A stretch of DNA of 64,000 nt from an uncultured bacterium (GTDB lineage: Bacteria > Zhuqueibacterota > QNDG01 > DTFT01), in contig CAVTNR010000030.1 of the NCBI GenBank assembly GCA_963736115.1, positions 42,347 to 106,346 of the forward strand, in the 5' to 3' direction. Made by a program: the position numbers and the translations under genes. This document shows, one piece after another, positions 1-10,900 of this stretch; position 1 is the stretch's first letter, and each line of letters opens with the position of its first letter. The notes below the pieces were generated by a model. The model ran no database searches. It was not told the origin of the DNA and worked only from the letters and a program-made list of their open reading frames with translations.

Positions 1-2265
1 TTCCCGCCGGACTACAGCATACGGGTGCTCGATTCGGACGGCGCCATTCTGCACGCGACGCTGAACCGGAAACAGCAATGGTGCCTTCCCCCGGATCCGG
101 AGTTTCGAATCCCTCCGAAATTAAAAGCCTGCGTTCTGGAATACGAGGACAGGCATTTCAGGATCCATCCGGGCGTGAATCCGGTTTCGATATTCCGCGC
201 GCTGAAGTCCAACGCCAGGTCCGGCGGTGTCCGAAGCGGGGCAAGCACCATCACCATGCAGGTGGCACGGCTCAGCCGGCCCAAACCCCGCACGCTCCCG
301 AACAAGATGCTCGAAACGGCGCAGGCGCTGAAGCTCGAAATTCTGCGTTCCAAGACCGCGATACTCAGAACCTATCTGGACCATGCGCCCTACGGCCGCA
401 ACGTGGTCGGCGTTCGGGCCGCCTCGCTCCGGTATTTCGGCCGGGAACCGGAGCGGCTGTCCTGGGCCGAAGCCGCGACCCTGGCCGTGCTTCCCAATCA
501 GCCGGGCCTCATCGCGCCCGGAATCCGGTCCGGTCTCCTGAGAGGTAAACGCGACCGACTTCTGCGCCGCCTGGAGCAACGGGGTCTTCTCGACGCTGAA
601 ACCCTGTCCCTGTCCCTGCTTGAGCCCGTGCCCTCTTCCTCCGAGCCGTTCCCGGCCGCGGCCCTGCATCTGGCCAGGCGGCTGGAAGCATCGGCATCCG
701 GACGGTTTACGCTCCGCACCACCATCCGACGGGAAATTCAGCTCAGGGCTGAGGCGCTGACCGCGGCGCACGTGTCGGAACGGCTTCGGCCCCTGGGCAT
801 TCGGAACGCGGCCGTGCTGATCGCGGAAACGCGGTCCGGAAAGATCCGCGCCTATGTCGGGTCACAGGATTTTTTCGACTCGGAAAACAACGGACAGGTC
901 GACGGCGTCGCCGCGTCGCGGTCTCCGGGGTCCCTGCTGAAACCTTTTCTCTACGGGCTGGCCATGGACGAGGGTCTGCTTCTGCCCGAAACCCGGATAC
1001 GGGACATACCCACGTATTACGGCGCGTTTTCGCCTTCCAATGCGGCTGAATCGTACGACGGACTCGTGAGCGCGAAGGAAGCGCTCATCCGCTCCCTCAA
1101 TGTGCCGGCCGTGCGCGTGCTGTACGGTTTCGGCGTGAGGCCCTTCTACCTGTTCCTGAAAAAAGCCGGACTGTCCACGCTTTTCAGGTCTCCGGACGAA
1201 TATGGCCTGCCGCTCATTCTCGGCGGCGCCGAGGTGACGGCCTGGGACATGACCCGATTGTACCGCGGGCTCGCGTCCGGCGGCCGGTTCCGTCCGTTGA
1301 CCGTACTGGAGGACGGGACCGCGGAGGAAAGCATCGCAGGGCCCGCGCTCATCAGCCCGGGCGCATGCTGGCTCACGCTCAACATGCTCCGGGAGTTGAA
1401 ACGGCCCGAGGCGGAGGCTTACTGGCAATTGTACCGGGACCGGCGGCCCATTTCCTGGAAGACCGGCACCAGTTACGGATTCCGGGACGGGTGGGCCGCG
1501 GGCGTCAGCCCCGCATGGACCATTGTGGCGTGGGCCGGCAATTTCGACGGCGAGGGGAACGCGAACCTGGCAGGCGCGTCCTGCGCCGGGACTCTGATGT
1601 TCGCTCTTCACAATGCGCTCCCCCTGCCTGAAGAATCAGTCTGGTTCGAGCCTCCGGTGAATGATCTGGAACCCGTCTCGGTCTGTTCGGAAACCGGATT
1701 CACGGCCGGACCGGATTGTCCTTCAGTGAAGGTCCGCAGGGTCGAATCGCCGCGGTTCATGAAACCCCTGCCGGTCTGTCCGTATCACAAAAAGTTGTTC
1801 CTGTCAGCGGACGGCCGCATGCAGGTCTGTTCCGCATGCTGGGGCCGGGGACCGGTCCGCGAGGAAGTGCGGCTCGTGTATCCGCCGGATGTGGCGCAAT
1901 TTCTCAGGGAGAGCGGAAAACCCGCGGGCGACGCCACACGGCACAATCCGGCATGCGCCGGTGACGCGGCCGATGACCCGATGGACATCCTGTACCCCCA
2001 GCCAGGCGCGCGGCTGTGGATTCCGCGGGATCTTGACGGCCGGTTCGAGAAGGTGATGTTCCGCGCCGCGCACCGTGAAGCCGGGAGCGTGCTCCACTGG
2101 TACCTGGACGGCGTTTATCTGGGCGCGACGCGGTCCAGGCATTCCATGGCCTGCAATACGGGCGCGGGAGACCACGAACTGGTCGTGGTGGATGGAAACG
2201 GCAACAGGGAAAAGGCGCAGTTCACGGCGGGCATCCGCCGTTCCGTCGATACCGGGGGGGGATGA
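1..2265 (+). CDS. pbpC: Penicillin-binding protein 1C (5' end outside window)
   Basis: Transglycosylase motifs EDRHF and GASTITMQVAR; transpeptidase motifs SLLK, SLN and KTGT; Cys-rich C-terminal PBP1C domain; frame is open from base 1. Confidence 0.93.
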   Translation, partial: FPPDYSIRVLDSDGAILHATLNRKQQWCLPPDPEFRIPPKLKACVLEYEDRHFRIHPGVNPVSIFRALKSNARSGGVRSGASTITMQVARLSRPKPRTLPNKMLETAQALKLEILRSKTAILRTYLDHAPYGRNVVGVRAASLRYFGREPERLSWAEAATLAVLPNQPGLIAPGIRSGLLRGKRDRLLRRLEQRGLLDAETLSLSLLEPVPSSSEPFPAAALHLARRLEASASGRFTLRTTIRREIQLRAEALTAAHVSERLRPLGIRNAAVLIAETRSGKIRAYVGSQDFFDSENNGQVDGVAASRSPGSLLKPFLYGLAMDEGLLLPETRIRDIPTYYGAFSPSNAAESYDGLVSAKEALIRSLNVPAVRVLYGFGVRPFYLFLKKAGLSTLFRSPDEYGLPLILGGAEVTAWDMTRLYRGLASGGRFRPLTVLEDGTAEESIAGPALISPGACWLTLNMLRELKRPEAEAYWQLYRDRRPISWKTGTSYGFRDGWAAGVSPAWTIVAWAGNFDGEGNANLAGASCAGTLMFALHNALPLPEESVWFEPPVNDLEPVSVCSETGFTAGPDCPSVKVRRVESPRFMKPLPVCPYHKKLFLSADGRMQVCSACWGRGPVREEVRLVYPPDVAQFLRESGKPAGDATRHNPACAGDAADDPMDILYPQPGARLWIPRDLDGRFEKVMFRAAHREAGSVLHWYLDGVYLGATRSRHSMACNTGAGDHELVVVDGNGNREKAQFTAGIRRSVDTGGG

Positions 2266-2512
2266 ATCAGAGTGATTAGTATATAAAAAAATCACCACGG
2301 AAAAAAACACGGAGACACTCGGGAAAAGATCGTTCGATGGGGTTGTTCATTCATCCCGATTCAGGGATGATCGATGATGTGGCGGATAGCGCTCGGTCGA
2401 TGATCGTCCGTTTTTCGTCATATCGTATGGATTGTGCCGCTCTCCCAAAGGTCCTTCGAGGGTTCAGCAGGAGAGCCCGACTCAGGGCGACAGGCTGGCC
2501 GGCGGAAAGGGT

Positions 2513-2541
2513 TTGCATATGGGTGAGGGATTCGCTATTTT
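2513..2541 (+). promoter_or_regulatory. Putative sigma70 promoter for ddl
   Basis: TTGCAT-N17-TATTTT about 28 bp upstream of the ATG at 2569. Confidence 0.4.
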
Positions 2542-2568
2542 ATCCGGTCACTGAAAAGGGAAAGCCAC

Positions 2569-3696
2569 ATGGGAAAAATGAGAGTGGCGGTGCTGTTCGG
2601 GGGCCGGTCCGCCGAGCATGAGGTTTCGCTCGCGTCCGCGCTCGGCATTCTGAAAAACATCGACTGCGCGAAATACGACATCCTTCCGATCAAGATCACG
2701 CGGGAGGGCCGCTGGGAGCTTCTTCCGGCAGGGTCGGTTTACGAAACGGCGGAGGATCTGGAGCGCGCCTCCGGTCCCGGCCTGACCGCGGGCGACCCCA
2801 CCCTGCACGGATTTCATTGCATCGGGGGCGGCGGCATTCAGGCCGGCACGGTCGAGGCGGACGCTGTGTTTCCGGTTCTGCACGGCACGTTCGGGGAGGA
2901 CGGCACGGTTCAGGGCCTGATCGCACTTTCCGGACTGCCCTGCGTCGGCGCGGGCGTGGCCGCGTCTTCCCTGGGCATGGACAAGGTTCTGATGAAGCAG
3001 ATTTTTCTGCAGAACGAACTGCCCTGCGTGGATTTCATCTGGTTTCTGCGCTCAAAATGGAAAACGGACGCGGATGTGATCCGAAAAGGCGTTTCCAAGG
3101 AAATCGGTTATCCCTGTTTTGTCAAGCCCGCGAACGCGGGATCCAGCGTGGGCGTGGGAAAGGCGGCGGATGAAGCGGGCCTGGCCCGGTGCGTTGAAGA
3201 GGCGGTACGGTTTGATCGCAAGATTCTCGTGGAGAAGGCGGTCATCGGCCGCGAGCTGGAATGCGCGGTGCTGGGCAACGACGAACCCGAGGCCTCGGCC
3301 GTGGGCGAGATTCTGCCCTGTAATGAGTTCTACGACTACGCGGCCAAGTACGAGCTCGCCAGCGCGACCGTTGTACCCGCGGAACTGTCCGAACCGATCG
3401 CAAGGGCCGTTCGCGGGTTCGCGAAGGACGCGTTCAAGGCCGTGGATTGCGCGGGCATGGCCCGGGTGGACTTCCTGATGGAAAAGGACACCCACCGGAT
3501 ATTCGTGAACGAGATCAATACCATACCCGGATTCACGCCGATCAGCATGTACGGGAAGATGTGGGAGGCGTCCGGTGTTCCCTATCCTGAACTCATCGAC
3601 CGGCTGATCCGTCTGGCCGTGGAACGGCATGAGGACCTGAACCGGTCCCTCTACAGCCGCGCCGGATCGCCTGCCGGAACGGAGGGCGCCGCATGA
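2569..3696 (+). CDS. ddl: D-alanine--D-alanine ligase
   Basis: VLFGGRSAEHEVS, LHGTFGEDG, KPANAGSSVG, FYDYAAKY, NEINTIPGFT. Confidence 0.97.
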   Translation: MGKMRVAVLFGGRSAEHEVSLASALGILKNIDCAKYDILPIKITREGRWELLPAGSVYETAEDLERASGPGLTAGDPTLHGFHCIGGGGIQAGTVEADAVFPVLHGTFGEDGTVQGLIALSGLPCVGAGVAASSLGMDKVLMKQIFLQNELPCVDFIWFLRSKWKTDADVIRKGVSKEIGYPCFVKPANAGSSVGVGKAADEAGLARCVEEAVRFDRKILVEKAVIGRELECAVLGNDEPEASAVGEILPCNEFYDYAAKYELASATVVPAELSEPIARAVRGFAKDAFKAVDCAGMARVDFLMEKDTHRIFVNEINTIPGFTPISMYGKMWEASGVPYPELIDRLIRLAVERHEDLNRSLYSRAGSPAGTEGAA

Positions 3697-4394
3697 CCCG
3701 TCCCGTAAAGCATGACCGCAGACTCACCCGGACCTGGTTCTGCCTGGCCGCCGCGGTCTGGTTTGTTGCGGCGCCCGGGGAGTTATTCCCGGAACTCCGG
3801 ATCCGACCCAGGGTCTATGCGGGCGGCGGCTACGGCCGCACGCAGAACGCCCGGATGCCGGAGTTTGCCGTGGAGGACGCGGCGGATCGTAATTTCGTCG
3901 AAGCCAACATGTCGTCCCTGAAACGGAATTTCATCCGCGGCCAGATCCGCCTGGATCTCGTGCACGCGGGCGCCTTTTCGGCCGGGTATCTGTTCTGGGG
4001 GCATTACAACGAAATTCCCGCCGACTATCCCGAATTCTGGCTGAAGCCGGATAAATGGTACCCGGCCGCGGATCATGTCGCCCTGCACGCAGCCACGGTT
4101 CAGTGGAAACCGGCCTTTGCCGCCTCCCGCCGTGTCGCGCCGTTTCTGCTGGCCGGGGCCGGCGGGTATTACGGGAATGTCACCTCGGTCCGGTACCTGC
4201 CCGCGGATTCCACGGGTCTGTATTATTACGGGAGCCGCAGACAGACGGCATCGGACGCGGGCCGCGCCGTGCTGGCCGGAATCGGCGTGGTCGCGTTCCG
4301 TTACGCGTATCTTTACGCGGGCGCCGTGCACCTCATCGATTCCGCGCTTCCGGCAAAGACCTTTTTCGATGTGATTGTGGGGGTGACGTTTTAG
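3693..4394 (+). CDS. Hypothetical exported protein, probable small outer-membrane beta-barrel
   Basis: Signal-like N-terminus, aromatic-rich alternating strands, C-terminal VGVTF; ATGA overlap with ddl. Confidence 0.6.
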   Translation: MTRPVKHDRRLTRTWFCLAAAVWFVAAPGELFPELRIRPRVYAGGGYGRTQNARMPEFAVEDAADRNFVEANMSSLKRNFIRGQIRLDLVHAGAFSAGYLFWGHYNEIPADYPEFWLKPDKWYPAADHVALHAATVQWKPAFAASRRVAPFLLAGAGGYYGNVTSVRYLPADSTGLYYYGSRRQTASDAGRAVLAGIGVVAFRYAYLYAGAVHLIDSALPAKTFFDVIVGVTF

Positions 4395-4446
4395 GGGTGG
4401 AGGCGGGGGCCTACGGCATTTCGCAGCGCAGGCATTCAGGTTGGGG

Positions 4447-4489
4447 AAGCGGACCTCCCGAAGGCTTTCAGCCTTCGGGAGGTCCGCTT
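4447..4489. terminator. Perfect 20-bp inverted repeat between convergent genes (bidirectional terminator or REP-like)
   Basis: AAGCGGACCTCCCGAAGGCT-TTC-AGCCTTCGGGAGGTCCGCTT; overlaps the hypA stop. Confidence 0.7.
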
Positions 4490-4863
4490 TTAGTCACGCG
4501 TATTGATTTCACAACCGCCTCCCGGCCGGATGTGATTTCCACGTCCGATCCGCCGCAAAAGGCGCATTCCAGAACCGGCCCGATGAATGGGTCGATTGCG
4601 CCGATTTCACTTTTCGGACAGGGGCCTTCTTTGCCGCATTCACGGCACCGGATACGGCCCGGCACAGTGCGGAACTCGAAGGTCGCGGCCGCGGCAGGCG
4701 TGTTCTCGAAGCCGATTCTCAGCCAGAATTCCACCTGCTCGGGCTGAAAGGCGCTCCATTCCCCGAATTCCAGCACCACGGTCTCGACTTTCCGCGCCTT
4801 CGCTTCAGCCGCGGCGCGGAGCACGGATCGGATAATGGTCTCCGCAATCGACGCCTCGTGCAT
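4468..4863 (-). CDS. hypA: Hydrogenase maturation nickel metallochaperone HypA
   Basis: Starts MHEASIA; CREC and CAFC zinc motifs; TGATG coupling with hypB (true start 4863, not 5142). Confidence 0.92.
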   Translation of the reverse strand: MHEASIAETIIRSVLRAAAEAKARKVETVVLEFGEWSAFQPEQVEFWLRIGFENTPAAAATFEFRTVPGRIRCRECGKEGPCPKSEIGAIDPFIGPVLECAFCGGSDVEITSGREAVVKSIRVTKSGPPEG

Positions 4864-5540
4864 CAGGCCCCCGGAATCTCCATCAGCCGCATCAGCTCGT
4901 CCACCCCTTCCCCTGTTTTCGCGGAGATCAGCGCTGTTTTCAGGCCCGGCTTCAGGGAAAGCGCGTCCTTTTTCAAGAGCTCCGGGTCCACTTCCATGAC
5001 GCCGGCCAGGTCCGTCTTGTTCACGGCCACAACGTCCGCGTCCAGAAAAACGGCCGGATGCTTGACGATCATGTAGGGACCTTCGGTGACTGAGACCACG
5101 ACTAGCCTGCGGTGCGCGCCCAGCCGGAATTCGCCCGGGCATATGAGATTCCCCACATTCTCGATGAGCAAAACGTCCAGGCCGTCCAGGTTCAGGCTGG
5201 ACATCGCCCGGTTGACGATGGCCGCGTCCAGGTGGCAGAGGGATCCTGTGTTGACCTGAAGCACTTCACCGCCCGCGGTCCGTATCCGGTCCGCGTCTAT
5301 GGTGGTCGCCAGGTCGCCGGCTATGGATGCGACTTTCTTTTGATCCTTCAGGCGGCGGACAAATTGCTGAACCAGAGTGGTTTTGCCGGATCCGACCGAT
5401 CCCAGAATGTCGATTGCGAAAATGCCGCGGGAGTCGAAAAAACGCCGGTTTTCAGCGGCCAGCAGGTCATTGGCGGCCAGCATATTCTCGGACAATTCAA
5501 TGTCAAAGGTTTCATTCGTGGAGGGGATGGAAATTTTCAT
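4863..5540 (-). CDS. hypB: Hydrogenase nickel incorporation GTPase HypB
   Basis: GSVGSGKTT, CHLDA, ENVGNLICP, NKTD, SAKTGEG. Confidence 0.96.
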   Translation of the reverse strand: MKISIPSTNETFDIELSENMLAANDLLAAENRRFFDSRGIFAIDILGSVGSGKTTLVQQFVRRLKDQKKVASIAGDLATTIDADRIRTAGGEVLQVNTGSLCHLDAAIVNRAMSSLNLDGLDVLLIENVGNLICPGEFRLGAHRRLVVVSVTEGPYMIVKHPAVFLDADVVAVNKTDLAGVMEVDPELLKKDALSLKPGLKTALISAKTGEGVDELMRLMEIPGA

Positions 5541-5740
5541 TCACAACCTCTTGTTTATAAAGAAGCAATGGCAATCCCGAATCCCCATGGAAATCCTGCG
5601 TGAGCAAGGCCCGGGGCATATGGTAGTATGTTAAAGTGAAAAATGCAAACGGTTTGTTCCTGCCTTGGGTCAGGTTTTTCTTGACTTTTGCCTCATTTTG
5701 TGCGAAATTTATTGTTCATTAAAATTCCGGAGGTATATCC

Positions 5741-6895
5741 ATGTCCAAGCAGGATTTTCAATTGTTCTCCATGGTCCCCCTGATGCGGGCGGCCGAACAG
5801 TCTTCGCTCAACGGCCGGCCGGCCGCGATCGGCGCATTTAACGTCAATTTTTACACGCAGGCGGAGGGCATTCTAGAAGGCCTGAAGCGCGCGGACGCGC
5901 CCGGCATCATCCAGGCCAGCAGGGGAGCGAACAAGTTCCAGGGCGGGCCCGACAAGATATCGGCCATGGTCCTCGCGGCCATGAAGGAAACCGGCCATGA
6001 CCTGCCCGTGTCCCTCCACCTGGACCACGGCGACGACGAAAAAGGCCGGGAATGCGTGGACAACGGGTTCAGCTCGGTCATGATCGACGCTTCCAAGTTC
6101 GACCTCAAGGACAACATCGCCGCGACCAAGGCCATCCTGAACTATGCCCATCCCAGGGGCGTCAGCGTTGAAGGCGAATTCGGCAAGCTCGAGGGCGTGG
6201 AAGAGGATGTCATCCATGAGTCCACGACCTATGCCGATCCCTTCCTGGTCCCATATTTCTTCAATGAATCCAAGGCCGATGCCCTCGCCGTGGCCTACGG
6301 CACCGCGCACGGGCCCAACAAGGGCAAGGGAACGGACAAGCTCGCGATCCACATCGTCCAGTACTCGTACGCCGGCCTGAAGGCCTATGGTCTGAACGAA
6401 AACCACTTTCTCGTGGGACACGGCTCCTCCACGGTGCCGAAGGAACTGGTCGATGAGATCAACCGGTACGGCGGCGGCATCAAGGATTCCGCGGGCATTC
6501 CGATGCAGAAAATTCAGGAAGCCATAGCCGCGGGCATCCGCAAGGTGAATATCGACACGGACCTTCGCCTCGGCATCACCGCCACATTCCGTAAATTCTT
6601 CCACGACAATCCGGGAGTCGAGAAGAAGTCCCCGAACGTCCTGGCCCCCATCAAGCAGGCACTGGACAGCCACCCGGAATTCATCGACCCGCGCGATTAC
6701 CTGAAGACCATCGACATCGGCCTGCTCCGGGTCCATCCCCGCGGCGGCGACCTGGAGCCTGTCATGGTCCTGATCAAGGAGCGCATCGCGGCCCATGTGG
6801 AAATGCTTGTGCGCAAGTTCGGGTCCTCGGGTCTGGCCGCCAGTGTCGAGCGCGTCACGCTCGCCGAGATGGCCAAACGGTACGGCCGGAACTGA
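5741..6895 (+). CDS. fba: Class II fructose-bisphosphate aldolase
   Basis: AFNVN, LHLDHG, SSVMIDAS, VEGEFG, GTAHG, HGSS, KVNIDTD; GGAGG RBS. Confidence 0.92.
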   Translation: MSKQDFQLFSMVPLMRAAEQSSLNGRPAAIGAFNVNFYTQAEGILEGLKRADAPGIIQASRGANKFQGGPDKISAMVLAAMKETGHDLPVSLHLDHGDDEKGRECVDNGFSSVMIDASKFDLKDNIAATKAILNYAHPRGVSVEGEFGKLEGVEEDVIHESTTYADPFLVPYFFNESKADALAVAYGTAHGPNKGKGTDKLAIHIVQYSYAGLKAYGLNENHFLVGHGSSTVPKELVDEINRYGGGIKDSAGIPMQKIQEAIAAGIRKVNIDTDLRLGITATFRKFFHDNPGVEKKSPNVLAPIKQALDSHPEFIDPRDYLKTIDIGLLRVHPRGGDLEPVMVLIKERIAAHVEMLVRKFGSSGLAASVERVTLAEMAKRYGRN

Positions 6896-6912
6896 ATGCG
6901 TCTGTTACGCAC

Positions 6913-7596
6913 TTGAATTTTCTGCTTTTCGACATCGACGGGACGCTTCTGCTCTCGGGCGGGGCGGGAAAAGTCGCGATGGAGCGGTCATTCGAGACGG
7001 TCTGGGGCATCCGGGACGCGCTTCGGACCATCCCGCTCATGGGACGGACCGATCCTGCCATTGTCCGGCAGGTCCTGCAGGAAAACAAACTCCCGCAGGA
7101 CGATTCAAAAATAGAAAAGTTCAGGGAATATTATTTCTGGTACCTCGAGGAGGAAATCGGCAAGGACAGGCCGGGAAAGGCGCTCTGCCCGGGCGTGCTT
7201 CCCCTATTGAACACCCTGTCCGGAATGCCGAACGTCGAACTCGGACTGCTCACCGGGAACTGGAGATACGGCGGGCTTCTCAAACTGCGCCATTTCGGGA
7301 TTGACGGGTTTTTCCGGATCGGCGCGTACGCGGATGACTCCATGATCCGGGACGCTCTCGTACCGGTTGCCATGGACCGGTTCCGGCAGGCCCACGGCAT
7401 GAGTCCGGCGCCGGAAACGGTTTTCGTCATCGGCGACACGCCTTTCGACATCCGCTGCGGCAAGCCGCACGGGGTCCGGACGGTCGCGGTGGCCACGGGC
7501 GTGCACGCTGCGGATGAACTGCAGGCCGAATCCCCGGACTTTCTGTTCGCGGACCTGACGCACACGGATGAAGTGGTGAAGGCGCTGACCGGGTGA
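6913..7596 (+). CDS. HAD-family hydrolase (phosphoglycolate phosphatase-like)
   Basis: FDIDGTLL motif I, LLTGN, IGDTPFD. Confidence 0.88.
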   Translation: MNFLLFDIDGTLLLSGGAGKVAMERSFETVWGIRDALRTIPLMGRTDPAIVRQVLQENKLPQDDSKIEKFREYYFWYLEEEIGKDRPGKALCPGVLPLLNTLSGMPNVELGLLTGNWRYGGLLKLRHFGIDGFFRIGAYADDSMIRDALVPVAMDRFRQAHGMSPAPETVFVIGDTPFDIRCGKPHGVRTVAVATGVHAADELQAESPDFLFADLTHTDEVVKALTG

Positions 7597-7638
7597 TCTG
7601 TCCGGAGGGTCGGTCGTACTTTCAAATATGAATTTCAT

Positions 7639-7668
7639 AAGCCGTCCCAGTTATGGGGACGGCTTTTT
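7639..7668 (+). terminator. Rho-independent terminator
   Basis: AAGCCGTCCC-AGTTATG-GGGACGGCTT followed by T tract. Confidence 0.8.
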
Positions 7669-7698
7669 CATCCCTCCGACCTGGGATAGATTATTCTT

Positions 7699-7821
7699 TC
7701 CGCAAGGGCGACGCAGCGCGTCGCCCCTGCGGAGATCTGCGGCGCATGCCGGGATCCGGCTTTAGAATTAAATTCTCTTGAGGGCGACGCAGCGCGTCGC
7801 CCTTGCGGAGATCTGTGGCGC
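7699..7821. repeat. Two direct copies of a REP-like palindrome
   Basis: AGGGCGACGC-AGC-GCGTCGCCCYTGCGGAGATCTGYGGCGC at 7705 and 7781. Confidence 0.8.
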
Positions 7822-7943
7822 GGACACGGGCTTGACGGAACCATCCTGAACCTTTGAACGTGTAAACGTTCCAGAACGGCTACGCGTTGACGCGCAAATG
7901 TTTTTTCATTTGGTTTTTTCCATAAATTCCTATATTTTAAGCC

Positions 7944-10900
7944 ATGAACGACCTTTTCCGTAAATTGCCGGTTTCCGCGACCGCGGTTCTCCTGGCTGTG
8001 GGGTTTCTGACGACCGGCAGGGCGCAGGATGTTCCGGTATTCCGGCTTTCCGGCAGTTCGGACCGGGGATGCACGGTTGAATTCAATCTATTCGATCTTG
8101 AGATGGATTCAATCCGCACCCCATCCGGGGAATTCATCCGTGTCGGTTTCCGGGGCGGCCGCGCCGAGGCGGAAACCGGAGAACCGATGATACCGGTAGC
8201 AATCGCAGTCATTGCGATTCCACGGGAAGGCGGCGTCCGGGTTTCGCTCCAGGGAACGGATCCGGGCCCGGCTTTTGAGAAGATCCGCCTGCTCCCGGGC
8301 CCGCGGCTTGAAACCGAGGATGGACTGCCGGTGGAAATATTCGAACCCGGTTCCGGATATGCGGCCGGCGGGAATGCATCGGAACCGCTTTTCGACGTTT
8401 CGGATCCGCAGGTATTCGGCTCCTATCGCGTGGTTCATGTCCGCTTCCATCCGGTCCGGTACGACGCCGGAAACGGGGCACTGACCGTATTTTCCGGAAT
8501 CCGTGTATCCGCTGAGTTCGAAAAGCCGGCCGCGTCTTCCGGCGAGCGCGGTCCGTCCGCGGATGAAGCTGTTTACCGGAACGTTCTGCTGAATTATTCG
8601 GAAGCCGGGACATGGAGGAAGCCGGAAAGGCCCGCTCTCCGCAGAACCGGCCGTGTCCGGCGGACCGGGGAGTATTATAAAATACCAATTTCCTCCGACG
8701 CCGTGTACTCCATCAGCGGCGCCTACCTGAAAAACGCGGGCATTGACATCACGGCAATCGATCCCGCGACCTTGAAGATTTACAACAACGGGGGAATGGC
8801 GCTTCCCCTGCCGGTCCGCGACGCGAGGCCCGACAGCCTCGTCGAGAATCCCATCCGGGTCATCGGCGTCGAGGACGGACGATTCGACGCGTCCGATGTC
8901 CTGCTCTTCTACGGCCGCGGACCCTATGGATGGCAGACGCGAAACCGGGTTTTCGAGCACACCCTCAATACGTTCACCGAATCGAACGTCTACTGGCTCG
9001 TGTTCAATGACGGAAAACCCGGTCAGCGCATTCAGACGGCCCCGGCTCCTGCGACTGAATTAACGACGCAGACCGCGACTTTCACGGATTACCAGTTCCT
9101 GCAGAACGACAAGGCCAACCCCATTGAGTCCGGCACGTTCTGGTACACAACCCTTTTCCAGACCGGAAACCCGGAACCCGTGTCCGTCCCGATTCCGGCC
9201 TATGATCCGGCCGGCAATGACACGCCCTTTTACCGCATTCTGTTCAAGGGCGAAGACATGGACGACACCGTCACCCAGACCTTTTTCATTTCAGTGAACG
9301 GAAGGAGCATCGGCTCCCATCGCATCATCAACGCCGCCACCCAGCTCTACCAGTTCAGCGATCCCGCGGGGCTGAAAACAGCGGGCAATACGCTCGGCGT
9401 GCGGTTCAGCGCGACCCTTCAGTCCGCGAATGGCTATCTGGGCTGGCTCGAGGTCCGGTACCGCAGAAACCTGACCGCGAGGGACAACCAGCTGAAATTC
9501 TTCTCGCCCCAGGCGGGCGGCGCCTGGCGGTACCGGCTGACCGGCTTCACGGCCGAGCCCGCCGTGTGGGACGTGACCGATCCCGCGTCGATCCGGGCCC
9601 TTTCCGTCATCGCGGAGGACGGCGCATACTGGGTTTCGGATGACGCCGATTCCGGGGACGTCCGGACTTATTTCAGCCGGTCCGGCTCCTCCACTCCGGC
9701 GCCGCCGAGCATTGAAAAGGACGTCTTCGCGGACCTGCGGAACCCGGACCACGGATGCGACCTCCTGATCGTCGCGCCAGCGGCCTTCATGGACGCGGCG
9801 GAACGGTATGCCCGGTTCAAGCGCGACGCGGATTCGCTCGACGTGTTCACGGCCGACATCGCCGAGGTGTTCGACGAATTCGGCTGGGGCATACGCGATC
9901 CGGCCGCGCTCCGCGATTTCGTCCGGACCGCCTATGAAACCTGGAGAAAACAGCCGTCTTTTCTGCTTCTGTTCGGGGACGGGCATTACGACTACCGGAA
10001 CCGGCTCCCCGGCTCCAAAACGAACTGGATCCCCCCCTTCGAGATCGGCGGCACACAGACGCTTTATTCTCCGGCCGTGGACGACTGGTTCGCGTGGGTG
10101 GCGGGCGACGACGCGCTGGCGGAACTGGCGGTCGGCAGGGCCACCGTGGAATCCGCGGAACAGGCGAACACCGTGGTCGACAAGTGGATCCGGTACCAAT
10201 CCGAGCCGGACCGGGGCGACTGGCGCAGTCTGATCACCATCGTGGCGGACGACGAAATCAGCCCGGATTTTTCCTCGGAAATGGAGCATGTCCGGGATTC
10301 CGAAACCCTGGCCGCCCGCATCCTGCCTCCGGCTTTCAACCAGCGCAAGATTTACATGACCGAATACCCGGTCGAGATACAGACGCGGCGCCTCAAGCCG
10401 CAGGCGGAAGACGATCTCATCCGCCAGATCAACGCGGGCACGCTCATCGTCAATTACACGGGCCACGCCAACAAGACCGTCTGGGCGCATGAGTGGATTT
10501 TCCAGCAGGAAGCCTCCATGAAGCGGCTGGAGAACGGCGGCCGGCTTCCCCTGTTTTTCGCGGCCACATGCGAATTCGGGCTGTTCGACGATCCGAAGGA
10601 ACAGTCGTTCTGCGAGGACCTGCTGGCCGCTCCGGGCGCGGGCGGCATCGCGGTCATCGGCGCGACGCGGTTCAGTTTTTCCACTGAAAATTCCGACCTG
10701 AACCGGGCCTTCATGGACCCGCTTCTCCGGAACCTGTCCGATCCGCTCCGCATCGGCGAAGCCATGCGCATCGCCAAGGTGATCACGATGAACCGGACGA
10801 ACGACCAGAAGTACGTCATCATCGGCGATCCCACGCTCCGCCTGGCGGCGCCGAGGCAGGAAATGATTTTCACCTCGGTCGAGCCGGATACGCTCCGGGC

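Noticed and set aside
2266-2568. Riboswitch or ncRNA upstream of ddl
   Set aside because: Only weak hairpins and degenerate CACGGA repeats; no recognisable aptamer
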